Source: Macrostomum lignano (taxonomy: Eukaryota). From it: a DNA stretch of 41,164 bases. Under the pieces are notes generated by a model. That model saw nothing but the letters and a program-made list of their open reading frames with translations. It had not been told where the DNA came from and searched no databases. The DNA is taken from NCBI GenBank assembly GCA_002269645.1, contig NIVC01003815.1:1-41164 (forward strand). Direction: 5' to 3'. Position 1 is the first letter of the stretch. The number at the start of each line of letters is the position of its first letter. This document shows positions 38,170-41,164 of this stretch, one piece after another. Made by a program: the position numbers and the translations under genes.

Positions 38170-38315
38170 ACTTTTACCGGTGGGGCCGCGGTGTGAGGAG
38201 ATCCAGCGGTGTTGAGACAAAAGCAATTCCTACCCTTGCCAACGATTCTGGTCGGCAACTGACTTCTGCTACCAGACGGCAATTTCCCTCATACTATTTC
38301 GACATCCAACTTTTT
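38170..38315 (+). repeat. Dispersed repeat, copy B2
   Basis: Matches 29743-29860. Confidence 0.8.
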
Positions 38316-38631
38316 GCTGTACATGCACAAGCATGTACATGCGCATGTCACTTGCAACATGATGCGTGTTTCCACAAATTTAAAAGTACACTTTCCAAAC
38401 TGAGAATCCATGGATGTCCCGCACATAAATCTAGTCGTAATCATTTTATCGTGCCTAATGGTTGCGTTTCTTTAACACTTTTCAAGCTATACAATGTATG
38501 TATTAACCGCTTGATAAAGATGTTTTTCGATACATATCGGTAACTTTTCATAAAACTGTAAAAATTGTGTTAGTGGTGTCAAAGGCCTTTCTAGTATTAT
38601 AAAATGTTTCAATTCATTGTAAACTGTACAT

Positions 38632-39203
38632 GCCCCTTGGTGCTAACGCCCTTGGTGCTAAAGCCCCTTGGTGCTAAAGCCCCTTGGTGCTAAAGCCCCA
38701 TGGTGCTAAAGCCCCTTGGTGCTAAAGCCCTTGGTGCTAAAGCCCCTTGGTGCTAAAGCCCCTTGGTGCTAAAGCCCCTTGGTGCTAAAGCCCCTTGGTG
38801 CTAAAGCCCCTTGGTGCTAAAGCCCCTTGGTGCTAAAGCCCCTTGGTGCTAAAGCCCCTTGGTGCTAAAGCCCCTTGGTGCTAAAGCCCCTTGGTGCTAA
38901 AGCCCCTTGGTGCTAAAGCCCCTTGGTGCTAAAGCCCCTTGGTGCTAAAGCCCCTTGGTGCTAAAGCCCCTTGGTGCTAAAGCCCCTTGGTGCTAAAGCC
39001 CCTTGGTGCTAAAGCCCCTTGGTGCTAAAGCCCCTTGGTGCTAAAGCCCCTTGGTGCTAAAGCTTCTTGGTGCTAAAGCTTCTTGGTGCTAAAGCCCCTT
39101 GGTGCTAGAGCCCCTTGGTGCTAGAGCCCTTGGTGCTAAAGCCCCTTGGTGCTAAAGCCCTGGTGCTAAAGCCCCTTGGTGCTAAAGCCCCTTGGTGCTA
39201 AAG
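38632..39203 (+). repeat. Highly homogeneous 16-bp minisatellite (gccccttggtgctaaa)x~35
   Basis: Directly visible tandem array. Confidence 0.98.
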
Positions 39204-39688
39204 CAATTAACAAACATTCAATAATTTTCCAGAGGGGAACAAAGCCTTAAATGAAATTGATAGTTATTTGAGCTTTTGGTTTTATTTTCAGTGTATGTGT
39301 ATTATTTGCTGCCTAAAACAAACTTTTCCGGTTTTGTCAGCATCTGTCTTAGACAACTAAAATCCATATGTAAATATGATTAAAGATATTGGAACCGAAA
39401 ATTTAAAAACTTTAAGGAAAAAGCAGCAACAACATAAACCTAATGGATCTATCAATTACAGTAGGCCGTATGCGAAAACTATAAAGACCACAAAATGTTT
39501 TAGAGAAAATATCATTTCATCAACTACATGGAAATCAACGGAGTATTCAGGCATACGAGTATATGATAAACTTTTAAGTTTGAGAGGACAGTCCTCGGTT
39601 GAAAATCGACTGAGTAAAGCTCAAACCTCGACTTCAGTGCATGGTTGTTGTCGGTCTTTCTCGAATGTTGTTGGAAATCCGATGAGTT

Positions 39689-40421
39689 TCAGTTGAACGG
39701 AGACACGCACTCGCACAGCACTGTCTCGGTTGCAAAAGATTCGTGCAGGTCAGAGAGTCCGGCGTCATCCAGAACCTTGCAATCACATTATCCGAAGAAG
39801 CACTTGGTTGATGAGCATTCCACAGAGTTGGGTCAACGGTAGTGTTGCAGCCGACCCAGTACCAGCCGCCAGCCGGCTCCGCACTGCCTGCTGGCTGGAA
39901 GCCTCCGAGCCAGATCGACTGTCCAGAGCTGTAGTTCGAGTAGATGGAATCCACGTGGCTCATCTCCTCAGCGCTGGTCACGTCGGCCATGATGACCAGA
40001 CCGCTCTCTGACTCGCACTTCTGCCTGCTCGGCCACCACGTCCCGATGCCAGAGTACAGCCTGTACTTCACTCCGCACAGGTCCATGCCGTAGCCAGACG
40101 GACACAGCGCGCCCGCCTCGAGTCCCGGTCGCTGCTTGACGAACACCCGGCCTCTCCTGGAGCAGCCGCAGCTCCTCACCGACTTGCTGCACTTGTCGAA
40201 CACGAACAGCTGGCACGGACCGTCAGCCAGGCTGAACGCCTGACAGCGCTGGTTTTGGGCGCACAGAGCGGCGCACCCGACTTTGTTCAGCGCGCTTGAG
40301 TAGGTCTCAACAAACTCATCGTTGATGCAGAGATACCCGTTGATGAGAACATACAGCTGCTGGTTGTCACTGCGAGCGTGAGGCCCAGAGCCAAAAACAT
40401 CGTCAGGAGATTGATGCTCAT
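39689..40421 (-). CDS. Secreted PAN/apple + C-type lectin protein, intronless, ~245 aa after correcting two 1-bp deletions
   Basis: Signal MSINLLTMFLALGL, PAN KVGCAALCAQNQRCQAFSLADGPCQLF, CTLD CPSGY...C...Y.LY....TW...RQKCE...MA...S.EE...IWLGG...W.W...W...QP. Adding one base near 40380 joins the signal peptide; adding one A near 39779 gives the end GLSDL...VLCECVSPFN*. Confidence 0.8.
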
Positions 40422-41164
40422 CGTCAATGCTTAAGAAACTACGGTGCTAAAATTCACAGAGGCAGCTGCTTTTATGCGAGTTGCAGCTCAAAATTTATGG
40501 CTTTCTTGAGTGCGTTTTTTACCTGGAGCGCTTTTTCTTTGTTTCTTTTCTAAGAAACTAACGAAAAGAAATTTTAAGACAAATAACTTTTTGCAAAAGA
40601 TTCTTCCTCAGTTGCTTTTGATTGTCTCCTCCTGAAGTTGTTTTTCGACTAGAAATACAGCAGCAGTGCAGCGGCCAACTTCGTCCCTCTGCTGCAGCCA
40701 ATAACGCTGCGCCAGCTAGCAGATTTTCTCTCAGCTTCTGAATTGTCTTGCCCTAGGGAACCGTTGTCAAGGCAATTCATTTTTGCAGCGTGTTTCATGT
40801 GTAGATCTGCTTTCTACAGAGCACGTGGAGCACGTGGCGAGAGTAAGAACGCTGTTGAGAAAGTTTTCTAACGAATGAAGTGCACGCTGGAGCCTGAGAA
40901 ACTGCACATGTTGCAAAAGTCTTTCCAAATCCCATTGTTACGCATTTACGGTAAATACAAAGGCAATCATTGACCTGTAGAGCGCCTGTCTTAGCGGGAT
41001 TTTTTTGCAAAAAAAATTAGACAAATTTTTTTCGGAAATACTTCAACATTCATACTGAAGCCTCTGCGAATGGATAGTTTTTCACGATTACGCCAAAAGC
41101 TTGTATTTAGAATTAGAATCAAAGCAGCGATTCTGTAAAAAATATTTAATAATTGCTGGAAACT

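Overview
Eukaryotic (animal) genomic DNA, not prokaryotic. It has GC-rich exons, GT-AG introns and many 16-39 bp minisatellites, a texture that suggests a free-living flatworm such as Macrostomum (inference only). Layout: (1) 1-3211, the 3' part of a Ty3/gypsy LTR retrotransposon (RT-RNase H-integrase plus 3' LTR). (2) 4886-16270, four compact co-oriented minus-strand genes: a caspase with a QACRI active site, NDUFAF7, a stand-alone WRN-type 3'-5' exonuclease carrying about 250 extra residues (mostly a 13-aa repeat) inside its catalytic domain, and UBE2J2. (3) 16.3-30.8 kb, a repeat-rich stretch with a CORE-type SINE, a 2.6 kb 23-mer satellite, MITE-like elements, a decayed gypsy and LINE fragments. 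(4) 30.8-40.4 kb, a cluster of secreted or recognition-type genes and relics: PAN-like+fibrinogen, double C-type lectin+LamG-like, a second LamG-like relic, PAN+C-type lectin and an ankyrin relic, partly bracketed by direct repeats. The most striking candidates are this apparently modular lectin cluster, a 36-bp minisatellite that amplifies the start codon of the fibrinogen-domain gene, and the repeat-expanded WRN exonuclease with a Ku-binding motif. Several frameshifts are single-base losses in short homopolymers and are probably assembly errors. All calls come from reading the sequence by eye; no database searches were run.
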